Assembly (NCBI GenBank): GCA_951406725.2
Contig: OX597841.1
Coordinates: 16,740,001-16,804,000 of the forward strand
Length of the DNA: 64,000 bases
Source: Octopus vulgaris
Taxonomy: Eukaryota
Reading direction: 5' to 3'
Part shown: positions 1 to 12,257 of the stretch, piece by piece
Layout of the letters: each line of letters opens with the position of its first letter
How positions within the stretch are numbered: position 1 is the stretch's first letter
Made by a program: the position numbers and the translations under genes
Notes under the pieces: model-generated
What the model saw: only the letters and a program-made list of their open reading frames with translations
Told to the model about the DNA's origin: nothing
Database searches by the model: none

Positions 1-352
1 TAGGCCCAGTACTTATTCTATCGGTCTCTTTTACTTGTTTCAGTCATTTGACTGCGGCCATGCTGGAGCACCGCCTTTAGTCGAGCAAATCGACCCCAGG
101 ACTTATTCTTTGTAAGCCCAGTACTTATTCTATCGGTCTCTTTTACTTGTTTCATCTTCTTGTATTAAAACCGCCTTTAGTATAAATTATGAGGATATTA
201 ACGGATGTTCAGTCATGTGACTGTGGCCATGCTGGAGCACCGCCTTTAGTCGTGCAACTCGACCCCCGGGACTTATTCTTTGTAAGCCCAGTACTTATTC
301 TATCGGTCTCTTTTGCCGAACCGCTAAGTGACGGGGACGTAAACACACCAGC
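1..352 (-). mobile_element. Tandem 3'-tail fragments of SINE family A
   Basis: Repeated TTTTACTTGTTTCAGTCATTTGACTGCGGCCATGCTGGAGCACCGCC...GTACTTATTCTATCGGTCTCTTT segments matching the 3' part of the full copies. Confidence 0.85.
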
Positions 353-372
353 ACGCTATAAGACTTGTTAGC

Positions 373-775
373 TTTACTCTTTTACTTGTTTCAGTCAATT
401 GACTGCGACCATGCTGGAGCACCGCCTTCTTTTAGTCGAGCAAAGTCACCCCAGGACTTATTCTTTGTAAGCTTAGTACTTACTCTATCCGTCCCTTTTG
501 CCGAACCGCTAAGTGACGGGGACGTAAACACACCAGCATCGGTTGTCAAGCAATGCTAGGGGGACAAACACAGACACACAAACATACACACAAATGCATA
601 TATACACATACATATACACGACGGGCTTCTTTCAGTTTCCGTCTACCAAATCCACTCACAAGGCTTTCGTCAGCCCGAGGCTATAGTAGAAGACACTTGC
701 CCAAGGTGCCACGCAGTCGGACTGAATCCGGAACCATGTGGTTCGTAAGCAAGCTACTTACCACACAGCCACTCC
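373..775 (-). mobile_element. tRNA-derived SINE family A, full length
   Basis: Reverse complement begins GGAGTGGCTGTGTGGTAAGTAGCTTGC (A-box-like) then GGTTCCGGATTCAGTCC (B-box-like); internal (TA/TG)n; GTAAAAGAG-type tail; more than 10 homologous copies in the window. Confidence 0.9.
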
Positions 776-1184
776 CAAAACTTCCCAACCCCCAAAACTG
801 TTATCGCCAGTTGGTAACCTTAGATTATCGCTGACGTAATAAAATAGCTTTTATACGTATAGTTGAAACGATTCCCTTAAACGACTTTAGAGGATAATAG
901 ATATATAGATAGCTAGAGAGACAGATATAGATATATAGATAGATATATAGGTAGATAGATAGATAGATAGACATGAATCGATAGATATTTGTTTATTATA
1001 CACAGTTTCTTGGTGTTTCTTCATCACCGTGCTTTTCTCTCTTTTTAGCCATCTGATGAATGTCTGACACCTGAAACGTTAAAGGATAATATTTCTGCAT
1101 TGAAATATTGACTAAAATGCGATAGTCGTCAAATGTCGTTCGTCCCATTGCGTTTATTTTAAAATTTCTTTTCTTTACGGCATA

Positions 1185-1295
1185 CACACGTGTGTGTATG
1201 TGGGGGGGTGTTTACACATCTACATACATACACACACACACATATATATAGACCCATATGATATATATATAAATACATGTGAATGCATATATATG

Positions 1296-1348
<53 letters not shown>

Positions 1349-2000
1349 TGTGTGTGTGTGTGTGTATAAATGTATACATACACATCTAAATATATGTACA
1401 CATCTATGTGTATACACAAAGTATGTATTTGTGCGTATGTTCTCATATATGTGCAGATAAATATGCATGCAAATAAATATATATATATATACATAAACAT
1501 ATATATATACATAAATATATATATGTATATATGTATGAATTATGTAGGTATATGTACGTTTGGTAGAATATTTATAAATATACATAAAATAACAATCATG
1601 TATCAACGTTCATACATATATATATATATATATATGTGTGTGTATATAGATTTTATATATACATATATATATATCAATATGTATATAGATTTTATATATA
1701 TATATATATATCAATATGTATATAGATTTTATATATATATATATATATATATATCAATATGTATATAGATTTTATATATATATATATATATCAATATGTA
1801 TATAGATTTTATATATACATATATATATCAATATGTATATAGATTTTATATATACATATATATGTCAATATGTATATAGATTTTATATACATTCATATAT
1901 ATATATATATCAATCAATATGTATAGAGATTTTATATATACATATATATGTCTGTATACATACTCACATATATATACACTATATGTATGTATTTATATGT
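1185..2000. repeat. TA/TG microsatellite mosaic with compound unit GTATATAGATTTT(AT)nCAATAT at about 1640-1940
   Basis: Directly visible periodicity. Confidence 0.9.
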
Positions 2001-2069
2001 GTAGGAATGTCGGCGCATAGCGCACAGAATGACTCTTACATGAATAAAATCGGCGTTAGAAAATTACTA

Positions 2070-2302
2070 TCATTATTATTAGTAGCAGTAGCAGCAACGA
2101 CAGCAGCAGTACTAGTAGCAGTAGTAGTAGTAGTATTAGTAGTAGTGGTTTAGCATTAAGGTGGTGACGTTTTCTATTATTGATATGTACCTCATTTGTC
2201 TGCTAATTGACCGTAGCAACCTTGCGGCTGTTGTGGTGGTGGTTGTTGTGGCTAAGGTGGTAGTGTTGCTGGTGGTGACGTCTTTAGCGGTGGTGACGCT
2301 GC

Positions 2303-2339
<37 letters not shown>

Positions 2340-3940
2340 ATGTTGTTGTTTGGTGGTGGTGGTGGTGGTGGTGGTAGTGTTTTAGTTGGGTTTTTTTTTG
2401 TTGGTGGTGGGGGTGGTGACACCTTGGTTGTTGTTGTTGTTGTTGTTGTTTAGGTTGTAGTGTAGTTGGCGGTGGTGGAGGTGACGCTGCTGTAGTAGTA
2501 GTAGTAGTAATGGTGTTGTTTGGTGGTGGTGGTGGAGGTGGTAGTGTTTTAGTTGTTTTGTTTGTGTTGGTGGTGGTGGTGGTGACACCTTGGTTGTTGT
2601 TGTTGTTGTTGTTTAGGTTGTAGTGTAGTTGGCGGTGGTGGAGGTGACGGTGATGTTACTGGTTGTGGTGTTGGGGGGGGGGGGGTTGACGAAGGTGATG
2701 GCTGTGGTATTTGCCTTTCTGCTGTTTAGGCGGTAGTGGTGGTGGTGGTGGTGATGATGGTTGCGGTGGTAGTGATGGTAGTGGCGGTGGTTGCAGTGGT
2801 GATAATAGTTGTGATGGTAGTGGTGGTGGTATTGGTGGTGGTGAAGGTTGTTGTTTGTGGAGGTGGTTGTGATGGTAGTAGTTGTGACATGGTGGTGATG
2901 GTTGTAGAGTTGTTGATGGTAGAGTTTGTGGTGGTGATGGTTGTGGTGGTAGAGGTTGTAGTATTGCTGTGATGGTGATGTTAACCATCGAAGATTTGCT
3001 GCTTCTGTTGTAGGTGGTGGTTGTGGTGTTAATGGTATTGGGGTGTGGTAGTGGCAGTAGTTGTGTGGTGGTGGTGCTGGTATTGTTGTGTTTGTGCAGG
3101 TGGTAGTAGCGTTCGTGGTGGCGGTGGTAGCTGTAGTGGTAGAGTTAGTGGTGATGGTGGTAGTAGTTGTCGTGGTGATAGTTGTGGTGGTGTTAATGCT
3201 GGTGTTAATGCTTGTTGTGATAGTTGTGGTGATGGTGGTAGTTGTAGCGGTGATAGTGATGGTTGTGGTGGTGGTGATGTTAATGGTTGTGATAGTTGTG
3301 GTGGTGGTAGTTGTAACGGTGATAGTTGTGGTGATGGTTGTTGTAGTGGTGTTAATATTAATGGTTGTTGTTGTTGTGATGGTTGTGGTAGTTGTAGCGG
3401 TGATAGTTGTGGTGGTGGTGGTGGTAGTTGTAGCGGTGATAGTCGTGGTGGTGCTAATATTAATGGTGGTGGTGGTAGTGAGGATGGTGGCGATGGTGGT
3501 AATTAATGGCATTGGTGGTAGTACCGTTAATGTTCTTTTTTTGCAGTTTAGGTAGTAGTGGCCGCCATGCTGACGCTGATAATTGTTGTTGTTGTTGGTA
3601 GTAGTAGTGATTAAGGTAGTTCTGGTGGTGGTGGTGGTGGTATTATTCTTGGAAACGTTAGCTCCTTATCGTTTGTAAGAGTTGTGGTTGTTGTTATTGC
3701 TGTTGTTGTTGTTTTTGTAGTAATTATTGTTCTTCCTCTTCTTCGTGTAACTGCTGCAGTTGCTGCTGCTGCTGCTGTTGTTGTTGATGTTGTAGTTGTG
3801 GTTGTTGATGTTGTTGATTTATTTCCTGCTATTGTTTTTCTTTTTGTTGTTGTTATCGTCATAATCATAGACGCTAGCCTCAATGCAGTTGCTGTCGTGA
3901 GCGCTCCGGCTGTTGATCTCGTTATTGTTGTTGTTGTTAT
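2070..3940. repeat. Degenerate GGT/GTT/GTA/GAT triplet low-complexity block
   Basis: G/T-rich triplet runs; includes a duplicated segment of about 165 bp (about 2330-2480 vs 2495-2650). Confidence 0.9.
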
Positions 3941-3949
3941 TCCTGACTG

Positions 3950-3973
3950 CTCTCTCTCTCTCTCTCTCTCTCT

Positions 3974-4008
<35 letters not shown>

Positions 4009-4450
4009 ATTTGGCCTAAATTTGAGTTGACCTTCTCCGCCTTCCATTGCCCCACCCATGACCGTTATCCTCCCCTTCACTCTCACTTTCTTTCTTTTTC
4101 TTTCTTTCTTTCTTTTTCTCTCTATCCTTGTCGGTCTGATTCTCTCGCTTTCTCTGCCAGACTTTATCTCTCTATTTATATTTGTCTCTCTCCTCTTTCT
4201 CTTCTCTCTCCTCTTTCTCTTCTCTCTCCTCTTTCTCTTCTCTCTCCTCTTTCTCTACTCTCTCCTCTTTCTCTTCTCTCTCCTCTCTCTCTTTCACTTC
4301 CTCTTCTCTCTCTTCTTCCTCCTCTTCTCTCTCTTCTTCCTCCTCCTCTCTCTCCTCTTCCCTCTCTCTCTTTCCCTTCCCCCCTCTCTATCTTTCTCCT
4401 CCCCCTCTCTCTCTTTCTCGCTCTCCTCTCTCTCTCTCCCTTTCTCCCTG
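3950..4450. repeat. (CT)n / pyrimidine-rich tract with 18-bp unit CTCTCTCCTCTTTCTCTT
   Basis: About 5 tandem 18-mers at 4185-4285. Confidence 0.9.
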
Positions 4451-4668
4451 CGTCATTCTTTAACACAATATGAAAAAAACTTATAAACACATACATACAT
4501 ACATACATACATTTATACATTCATGTATATATACACATATATACTTATACACATATACACCCACAGACATACACATACGCAATCGAGAGTAGAGAAACGC
4601 AGATACAAATGTGTGCATTTGTTTATGTGTACGTGTGTATATGTAAATACATTTGTACGTATATATAA

Positions 4669-4709
<41 letters not shown>

Positions 4710-4747
4710 AATGTATCCATACACGCGCACATATATACGTACATTCT

Positions 4748-4780
<33 letters not shown>

Positions 4781-4785
4781 GAATG

Positions 4786-4814
<29 letters not shown>

Positions 4815-4816
<2 letters not shown>

Positions 4817-4983
4817 AGTTGGAATTTACCATAGACGAAGAGAAGTGTGTAAACAACAAACAGGTGTATCAGTGTAACGCTCGGGAAGGTGAGAAAGTGT
4901 TTTACGTTTCGAGCCTACGCTCTTCATCAGAATGGAACAGGGGAAAATAAACAGAGAAATAGAGCTTTGGTGGCTAGCGGTCG

Positions 4984-4987
<4 letters not shown>
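4815..4987 (-). mobile_element. Short hammerhead-bearing PLE-tail-like element, family H2
   Basis: Reverse complement contains CTGATGA-A-GAGC-GTAG-GCTC-GAAA-CGTA-AAA (4900-4934); homologous to 52400-52565 and 52888-53050; flanked by TA/TG repeats. Confidence 0.75.
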
Positions 4988-5034
<47 letters not shown>

Positions 5035-5037
<3 letters not shown>

Positions 5038-5189
5038 AGTTAGTTTTTTGGCTCAAAAAGCAAAAAGCAAGGCCATGTAGGGGGACATGGAGTTATGTAC
5101 AGGGAGGTGTTCATGTAAAGAGTTCAGGCCACTTGAGGTCAAGGGAGACTTTGAACCGAGCGGTCGTCGGCATCTTCACTATCTCGTCT
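5035..5189 (-). mobile_element. CR1-clade LINE extreme 3' fragment
   Basis: Near-identical to 48380-48540 (end of ORF2 plus 3' UTR and short-repeat tail). Confidence 0.8.
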
Positions 5190-5424
5190 TGAACATAATT
5201 TTTACTTGTACAAACATACGTGGGTACGTGTGTATCGGTGTATGAGTGGGATTATTCGTTCCAATCATCGAACAGACAACGTCCAGGCACCTCCTTATGT
5301 GTATATATATGTGTATATATATATATGTATGTGTGTATATGTTTGTGTCTATATGTATGCGTGTAGATGTAGGTATGTATATCTATATATCTATCTATTT
5401 CTATCTATCTATATCTGTCTATCT

Positions 5425-5945
5425 ATCCATCCATCCATCCACTCAGTCGAAGTCGACTCTAGGTTACTCGATGGATCAGTGTCCTCCAGTCAGTTCTATC
5501 CTGGGCCGCTTCCTTCAGACTGGCCATGTCCATTCCGGTATCACTCTTGATGGTGTCAAGCCAGCAGGTTCTTGGTCGTCCTCTTCCTCTCTTGCCACTG
5601 ACCATTCCGAGCATGATGTCCTTCTCCAGGGATTCTCTCCGCACAATATGACTGAAGTATGCCAATCTTTGCTTGGTGATCCTAGCTTCTAGCGACATTT
5701 TCGGCCTGATCTGCTTAAGAACTTCTCCATTGGTCGGCCTCTTCCTCTCTTGCCACTGACCATTCCGAGCATGATGTCCTTCTCCAGGGATTTTCTCTGC
5801 ATAATATGACCGAAATATGCCAATCTATGTTTGGTAATCCTAGCTTCTCGCGACAGTTTCGGCCTGATCTGCTTAAGAACTTCTCCGTTGTGAGCCTCGC
5901 TCTCCATGGAATCCGTAAGAGTCTTCTCCAACACCAAAGCCCTTC
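5425..5945 (-). mobile_element. RTE/BovB-like LINE 3' fragment with internal duplication of about 158 bp
   Basis: Translates LWCWRRLLRIPW...RLAYFGHIMQRKSLEKDIMLGMVSGKRGRGRP...WLDTIK...AAQDRTDWRTLIHRVT, the typical RTE ORF C-terminus; (TGGA)n tail. Confidence 0.9.
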
Positions 5946-6052
5946 GCCAACACCAAAGCCCTTCGCCAACACCAAAGCCCTTCGCCAACACCAAAGCCCT
6001 TCGCCAACACCAAAGCCCTTCGCCAACACCAAAGCCCTTCGCCAACACCAAA
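5925..6052. repeat. 19-bp minisatellite CCAACACCAAAGCCCTTCG, about 6.6 copies
   Basis: CCAACACCAAA recurs every 19 bp from 5928 to 6042. Confidence 0.95.
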
Positions 6053-6194
6053 CCAGTGCATGTAACTTATTGTTTTCGATTTTTTTTTTTATACCAGCAG
6101 CAATCAGATTCTTTCGCAGTTCCGTATCTGATAGAAAATCTTCTCCAGTGTTAGTATTGTTATCGATCATTTTAAGCTCTTTCTTAATATTGGC

Positions 6195-6690
6195 TTCTGA
6201 TTTTGGCACAACGCCAGCAAGTTCGGGATGGTGGTGGTGGTGGGGTGTTTAAACCGATTACATCAATCTCTGTTTTCAATCGGTACTTCTTGTATCGATC
6301 CTGAAAGAATGAAAGGCAGAGTCGACCTCAGCGGAATTTGAACTCAGAACGGAGAGTTGGAAGAAGGCACAAGTCCCGAAATTTGGGGGGAGGGGACCAG
6401 TCCATTAGATTGACCCCAGTACGAAACTGGTACTTAATTTATCAACCCTGAAAGGTTGAAAGGTAAAGTCGACCTCGACGGAATTTGAACTCAGAACGTA
6501 AAGACAGACGAAATACCTATTTCTTTACTACCCACAAGGGGCTAAACACAGAGGGGACAAACAAGGACAGACAAACGGATTAAGTCGATTACATCGAGCG
6601 CCAGTACTCAACTGGTACTTATTTCATCGACCCCGAAAGGATGAAAGGCAAACTCGACTTCGGTGGAATTTGAACTCGGAACGAACAGGT
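6195..6690 (-). mobile_element. SINE family B multimer, minus strand
   Basis: Three AAAGGATGAAAGGCAAAGTCGACCTCGGCGGAATTTGAACTCAGAACG-type cores. Confidence 0.85.
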
Positions 6691-6694
6691 TGGC

Positions 6695-7915
6695 GGCATT
6701 TCGTCCGTCCTTGCGTTCTGAGTTCAAATTCCGCTTGAGGTCAACTTTGTTTTGTATCCCTTTCGGGGTAGATGAAATAGTACCAGTCAGGCACTAAGGT
6801 TATGCAATCACCTTCCCTCCTCCTCCTCCGAACTTGCTGGCCTAGTGCCAACGCTTCGTTCTGAGTTCAAATTCCGTCGAATACGATGGCCGTGTGTCCA
6901 AATTTGAAAACAAATATTGCCTTTGAAACTGGACATGTTTTCCTTCCTCCTGCCCACCATGCAACAACAAAGCCTACAAGATGATGGCCAGACCATTTAA
7001 GTTGGTGCACGAAACTAGCGGTACAGGAATCTTATAATATCCAATTCGGGGTCGATAAATTAAGTACCAGTTTCGTGCTGGGGTCGATCTAGTTGACTGG
7101 CCCCCTCCCAAAAATTTTGGGACCTGGTGCTTAGTGTAGAAAAGATTGAAGGCGGCGAGCTGGCAGAATCGTTAGCACGCTGGGAGAAATGCTTAGCGGT
7201 ATTTCGTCTGCCGTTACGTTCTGAGTTCAAATTCCGCCGAGGTCGACTTTGCCTTTCATCCTTTCGGGGTCGATAATTTAAGGACCAGTTACGCACTGGG
7301 GTCGATATAATCGACTTAATCCGTTTGTCTGTCCTTGTTTGTCCCCTCTGTGTTTAGCCCCTTGTGGGTAGTAAAGAAAAAGTTATTTCGTCTGCCGTTA
7401 CGTTCTGAGTTCAAATTCTGCCGAGGTCAACTTTGCCTTTCATCCTTTGAGGGTCGTTTAAATAAGTACCAGTTACCCACTGGGGTCGATATAATCGACT
7501 TAATCCGTTTGTCTGTCCTTGTTTGTCCTCTCTGTATTTAGCCCCTTGTGGGTAGTAAAGAAATAGATATTTCGTCTGTCTTTACGTTCTGAGTTCAAAT
7601 TCCGCCGAGGTCGAGTTTGCCTTTTATCCTTTCGGGGTCGATAAATTAAGTACCAGTTACGCATGGGGTCGATGTAATCGACTTAATACCTATGTCTTTC
7701 CTTGTTTGTCCCCTTTGTGTTTAGCCCTTTGTGAGTAGTAAAGAAATAAGTATTTCGTCTGTCTTTACGTTCTGAGTTCAAATTCAGCCGAGGTCGAGTT
7801 TGCCTTTCAACCTTTCGGGGTTGATAAATTAAGTACCAGTTGCGGACCGGGGTCGATCTAGTCGACTGCCCCCCCTCCCCCAAAATCTCGGGGCCTTGTG
7901 CATTGAGTAGAAAAG
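6695..7915 (+). mobile_element. SINE family B cluster including a head at about 7151 followed by 4 tandem units of about 183 bp
   Basis: GGCGGCGAGCTGGCAGAATCGTTAGCAC head; GAGTTCAAATTCC B-box; repeated GCCTTTCATCCTTTCGGGGTCGATAAATTAAGTACCAG core. Confidence 0.9.
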
Positions 7916-8289
7916 AACATCTCATTCGACAGCAAAATGTCAAAATTTCACGTTCTTGTTTGTTTTTTTTTTTCTTTCGCAACGCCGCCGCATCCTTTAC
8001 TGCCCACAAATTTCGCCGGACCTTAGCCTTGCAATTCTTCAAAATCCTTCTCCAGCTTATCCCGTTCACGTCCTGGCACGGAACAAGAAATCAGCTCGGG
8101 AACTGCCACGTTCTTTTCTGCCAACAACATTGGCACAACTCCTTCGTTTTTCTGAAACTAGTTCCGGTGTTTTTCCTCGAATAAATCTCAACGGAAGAAG
8201 AAAGCGGCTTCATTGAGCTGTTTACTAAAACTTTCAAATAGATCACCGTCGGGATTTATATCGATCGCTTAAACTGCTTCTTGGTATAT

Positions 8290-8358
8290 TCTCTCTGTCT
8301 ATCGACTTGTCTATCAATTTTTATCTACTTACCTACCTGTCTTCTTTCTATGTGTTTA

Positions 8359-8426
<68 letters not shown>

Positions 8427-8516
8427 CCTGCCTTTCTATCTCTCTCCCCTCTTTCTCTCTCTCCGTCTATCCATCCTTCTATCTCGCTGTCTCTCACTCT
8501 CTATCTATCAGTCAAC

Positions 8517-8586
<70 letters not shown>

Positions 8587-8868
8587 GTCTTTCTATCAAT
8601 CTACCAGTCGATAGGTCTGTCTGATGTCTGTCTGTCTGTCTCTCTCTGTCTGTCTGTCTCTCTCTGTCTGTCTGTCTCTCTCTGTCTGTCTGTCTATCTC
8701 TGTCTCTGTCTATCTCTGTCTCTGTCTATCTCTGTCTCTGTCTATCTCTGTCTATCTGTCTGTCTCTGCCTATCTCCGTCTGTCTGTCTGCCTTCTCTGT
8801 CTCTGTCTGCCTTCTCTGTCTCTGTCTGCCTGTCTGTCTGTCTGCCTTCTCTGTCTCTGTCTGCCTTC

Positions 8869-8903
<35 letters not shown>

Positions 8904-8925
8904 AGCTCTACCTACCTACCTATCC
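8290..8925. repeat. (TATC)n/(TGTC)n/(TC)n microsatellite mosaic
   Basis: Directly visible. Confidence 0.95.
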
Positions 8926-9192
8926 AACATCCACATGCACATCGTGTACCCTGTCTAGTGAACAACTATACCGAGACGACATCGATCTAGCCACTCACCT
9001 TCTCTCGACCACCACCACTACACATCTTTCCACACTCCACACGAATACTAAAACACCATTCCCATCACAAATCATCCACGATTGGTTGGCGTCGTTTTTA
9101 TTTTATTCCTAAACCAAATCCATTGCGTTTGTGTCGTCTGCATGTACGGCGGCCATTTTTGATCATAACGTTGGTAGCGTTTGTGTCGATGT

Positions 9193-9223
<31 letters not shown>

Positions 9224-9224
9224 T

Positions 9225-9615
9225 TTTTGCCCCAGGTCTGTCGTAATGAGCCTGATCTAAGATCAAAGCCTCTGCCCGCCATGACAGTTCCGACATTTAA
9301 TGAGACATAGTGTCTCTCGGAACACGTTATCTCATGTATCCAGCCTTGTTTTGCATTTGTTTTCGCTGTTGTTTTTGCTATTTAGCCCCAGGTCATCCCT
9401 GATCCAGCAGATGCATGACCGAAGATTTTTACAACTGTGACCATCTGTCTGCATTCAGACATAGTGTATCTAGGACTACATTATCAAATGTGTCCTTCCT
9501 TGTTGTTGCTTAGTCCTGATCCAGCAGGCCTATGATCAAAGCCGTTCCATCTGTGGCCATCCTGTCTTTTATTCTGGCATAGTGTATCTAGGACTACATC
9601 ATCAAGAGTGTCCAT
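9225..9615 (+). repeat. Three degenerate tandem modules (about 120-150 bp) of an unclassified dispersed repeat
   Basis: Recurring CCTGATC...ATGATCAAAG...GACCATC...CATAGTGTATCTAGGACTACAT; further copies at about 10055-10260 and 13580-13700. Confidence 0.65.
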
Positions 9616-9850
9616 AGCACGCCGGACGAAATACTTCGTATTTCGTCTGTCTTCCCATTCAGAGTTCTAATTCCGCTGAGGTCGACTTTGCTTTTCATCT
9701 TTTCGGGGTCGATTAAATAAGTACCAGTTACGCACTGGGGTCGATCTAATCGACTCAATCCGTTTGTCTGTCCTTGTTTGCCCCTTCTGTGTTTAGCCCC
9801 TTGTGGGTAGTAAAGAAATAGGTATTTCGTATGCCATTACGTTCTGAGTT
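9616..9850 (+). mobile_element. SINE family B, 5'-truncated
   Basis: Same core as 7151-7915. Confidence 0.85.
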
Positions 9851-9859
9851 CAATCCGGT

Positions 9860-10050
9860 CCACTTACCTGGCAAAAATGAGCTCTACCTGTAATTTCAAA
9901 GGCTCCCTCTTGTCACATTCGCTATCAAGCTGAATCTCCCTGGGAACTACATTAAGGGTACGCATGTCCGTGGAGTACTCAGCCACCTGCAGGTTCTTCC
10001 GTTGAGCGGATCAGATGGAACACTCGTCGTCGTAACCGACGGAAGGCCAA
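9860..10050 (+). mobile_element. Degraded 3' half of SINE family C
   Basis: CTGAATCTCCCTGGGAACTAC...TCGTCGTCGTAACCGACGGA similar to 12480-12640. Confidence 0.7.
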
Positions 10051-10400
10051 TTTAACCTAAGATCAGAGGCTTTCTAGATGTGACCATCCTGTTTTTTTCA
10101 TTCGGACATAATGTATCAAGGACTATGTTATTTAAATGTTCATTTTCTTGTTGCTATTGTTTAGCCCTTGGTCAGTTCTGATCAAGCATGTTTATGATAA
10201 AAGATGCGACAACTGTGACACTTCTTTCTCTTATTTTGGCATACTATATCTAGGTCAAGTGATGACATAGAAACTCCCTCACCAACCTATATGGCCCCTT
10301 TTTTTAAAATCAAGTGACTACATAGACTCTCCCCCACAGGTTTATCTGATCCCTGTTTTAAAGACAGGAGATGTTACATTGAATAAGGTCGAGAGACTAT

Positions 10401-10950
10401 AGGCGTAGGAGTGGCTGTGTGGTAAGTAGCTTGCTTACGAACCACATGGTTCCGGGTTCAGTCCCACTGCGTGGCACCTTGGGCAAGTGTCTTCTACTAT
10501 AGGCACAGGAGTGGCTGTGTGGTAAGTAGCTTACTTACCAACCACATGGTTCCGGGTTCATTCCCACTGCGTGGCACCTTGGGCAAGTGTCTTCTACTAT
10601 AGCCTCGGGACGACCAAAGCCTTGTGAGTGGATTTGGTAGACGGAAACTGAAAGAAGCCCGTCGTATATATGTATATATGTGTGTGTGTTTGTGTTTGTC
10701 CCCCCAACATCGCTTGACAACCGATGCTGGTGTGTTTACGTTCCCGTAACTTAGCGGTTCAGCAAAAGAGACCGATAGGCTTACAAATAAGTACTAGGCT
10801 TACAAATAAGTACAAGGCTTACAAATAAGTACTAGGCTTACAAATAAGTACCAGGCTTACAAAGAATTGCTCGACTAAAGGCGGTGCTCCAGCATGGCCA
10901 CAGTCAAATGACTGAAACAAGTAAAAGATTAAAAGAGTAAAAGAGAGAGA
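10401..10950 (+). mobile_element. SINE family A with duplicated 100-bp head and internal 19-bp expansion
   Basis: Head 10401-10500 repeated at 10501-10600; AGGCTTACAAATAAGTACT about 4.5 copies at 10777-10863; GAGAGACTA on both flanks (possible TSD). Confidence 0.9.
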
Positions 10951-11067
10951 GAGAGACTACATAGAAAGTTCTCTCACTGGTTCATGTGGCCCCTATTTTA
11001 CGGGTAGTAAGGAGCTTGCTGGGGGACAAATTTGGTTGCTGCAATGCGTATGGTCAACCGATAAGTC

Positions 11068-12096
11068 ACGAGGTGGGTGCTGAAAAGTTCCTGGAATATT
11101 CAAGAGAATCAGTTAATTATGGTTTCATTCAACATATTCCCCTCTCAGATTCACACATCTAATTGCAGTGGCCCTTCAGTCTTTCTAAGCCCTTTAAAAG
11201 AACCCGGAATGTTGGGCCTTCATACAGGCCTTTTGCGACACCCTTAAAAGCAGGAACTTGTCAATACCCTCTGGTATATTTAAATATAAATATACGAAGG
11301 ATGCTGGGAAGTTCCTGGCAGAAAATACAGGAGGATCAGTTAGTTATGATTTTATTCAGTACTAGCAGTATCGCCCGGCGTTGCTCGGGTTTGTAAGGGA
11401 AATAACTATAAAGCATTTTTAGAGAGTTATAGCCAAAAAATGCATTAAAAATGGAAAAAAAAATATGGTAATTTTTTTAAATCGTTGACTCATCGTAGAC
11501 ATTTTTAGAGAGTTACTTCTCTTATATTAAAAAAAATATGCATTAAAATGGAAAAAAATTATGGTAAATTTGTTTTAAAATCGTAGACTCATCGTAGACG
11601 CGCGCTAATACCCAGAAGGGCTCGATATGAATCACGACTATAGGATACCCGGTTTTGGTTAAACTGCACCGCAAAATGTGGGAGTAGTTAGGAATCTAAA
11701 TCAGAGGAGACAGACACACGACCTTTCTTTTATATGTAAAGATATGCCTCTCTCAGATTCACACACTTATTGCAGCAGTCCTTCAGTTTTTCTAAGCCCT
11801 CTAAAAACTCTGACGGTTGGGCCTTCAATCAAGAATTTTCAACACCCCTTCGTAGAAGCTGTCTCACTGGTTCATGTGGTCCCTATTTTACGGGTAGTCA
11901 GGAACTTCTTGGGGGACAAATTTGTAGGGGTGTTGAAAAGTTCCCGGAGTATACAGGAGGATCTGTTAAAATTTTATTGAACATACTCCCCTCCCAGATT
12001 CACACACTTATTGTAGCAACGGTCCTTCAATATTTCTAATCCCTGGAAAAGAACCCCAAATCCTTAAAGCCAAGAATTTTCAGCAAACCTTTCGTA
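11068..12096. mobile_element. Cluster of three mariner-derived MITEs of about 190-210 bp (11068-11276; 11293-11854 interrupted by a Helitron; about 11925-12096)
   Basis: Imperfect TIRs CGAGG..GTGCTGAAAAGTTCCTGG / CAGGAACTT.TCA..ACCC...CGTA; internal minus-strand peptide CVNLRGEYVE* resembles a mariner transposase C-terminus. Confidence 0.7.
11362..11742 (-). mobile_element. Non-autonomous Helitron
   Basis: Minus strand starts TC, ends with CCCGAGCAACGCCGGG hairpin plus CTAG, inserted at A|T with no TSD; homologous to 34399-34784. Confidence 0.85.
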
Positions 12097-12257
12097 GAAG
12101 CTGTTTCCCTGGCTCATGTGGTCCCTAATTTAAAGAGAGTATGGCGTTTGTTAAATAGGGATCAAGCAACTGCATAGAAACTCCCTGATTGGTGCATGTC
12201 TCATACAGACAGAATCGACGCCGTTGAGGGACCACTTTGACTGTTATATTCAGCAAG

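Noticed and set aside
553-834. Recurrent 'RRASFSFRLPNPLTR' and 'RPRKDERQSRPRRNLNSE' peptide families
   Set aside because: Chance translations of SINE A and SINE B
6055-6209. Protein-like N-terminus MPKSEANIKKELKM
   Set aside because: Starts at a GTG within a SINE B tail and runs into the 19-bp repeat; no splice support
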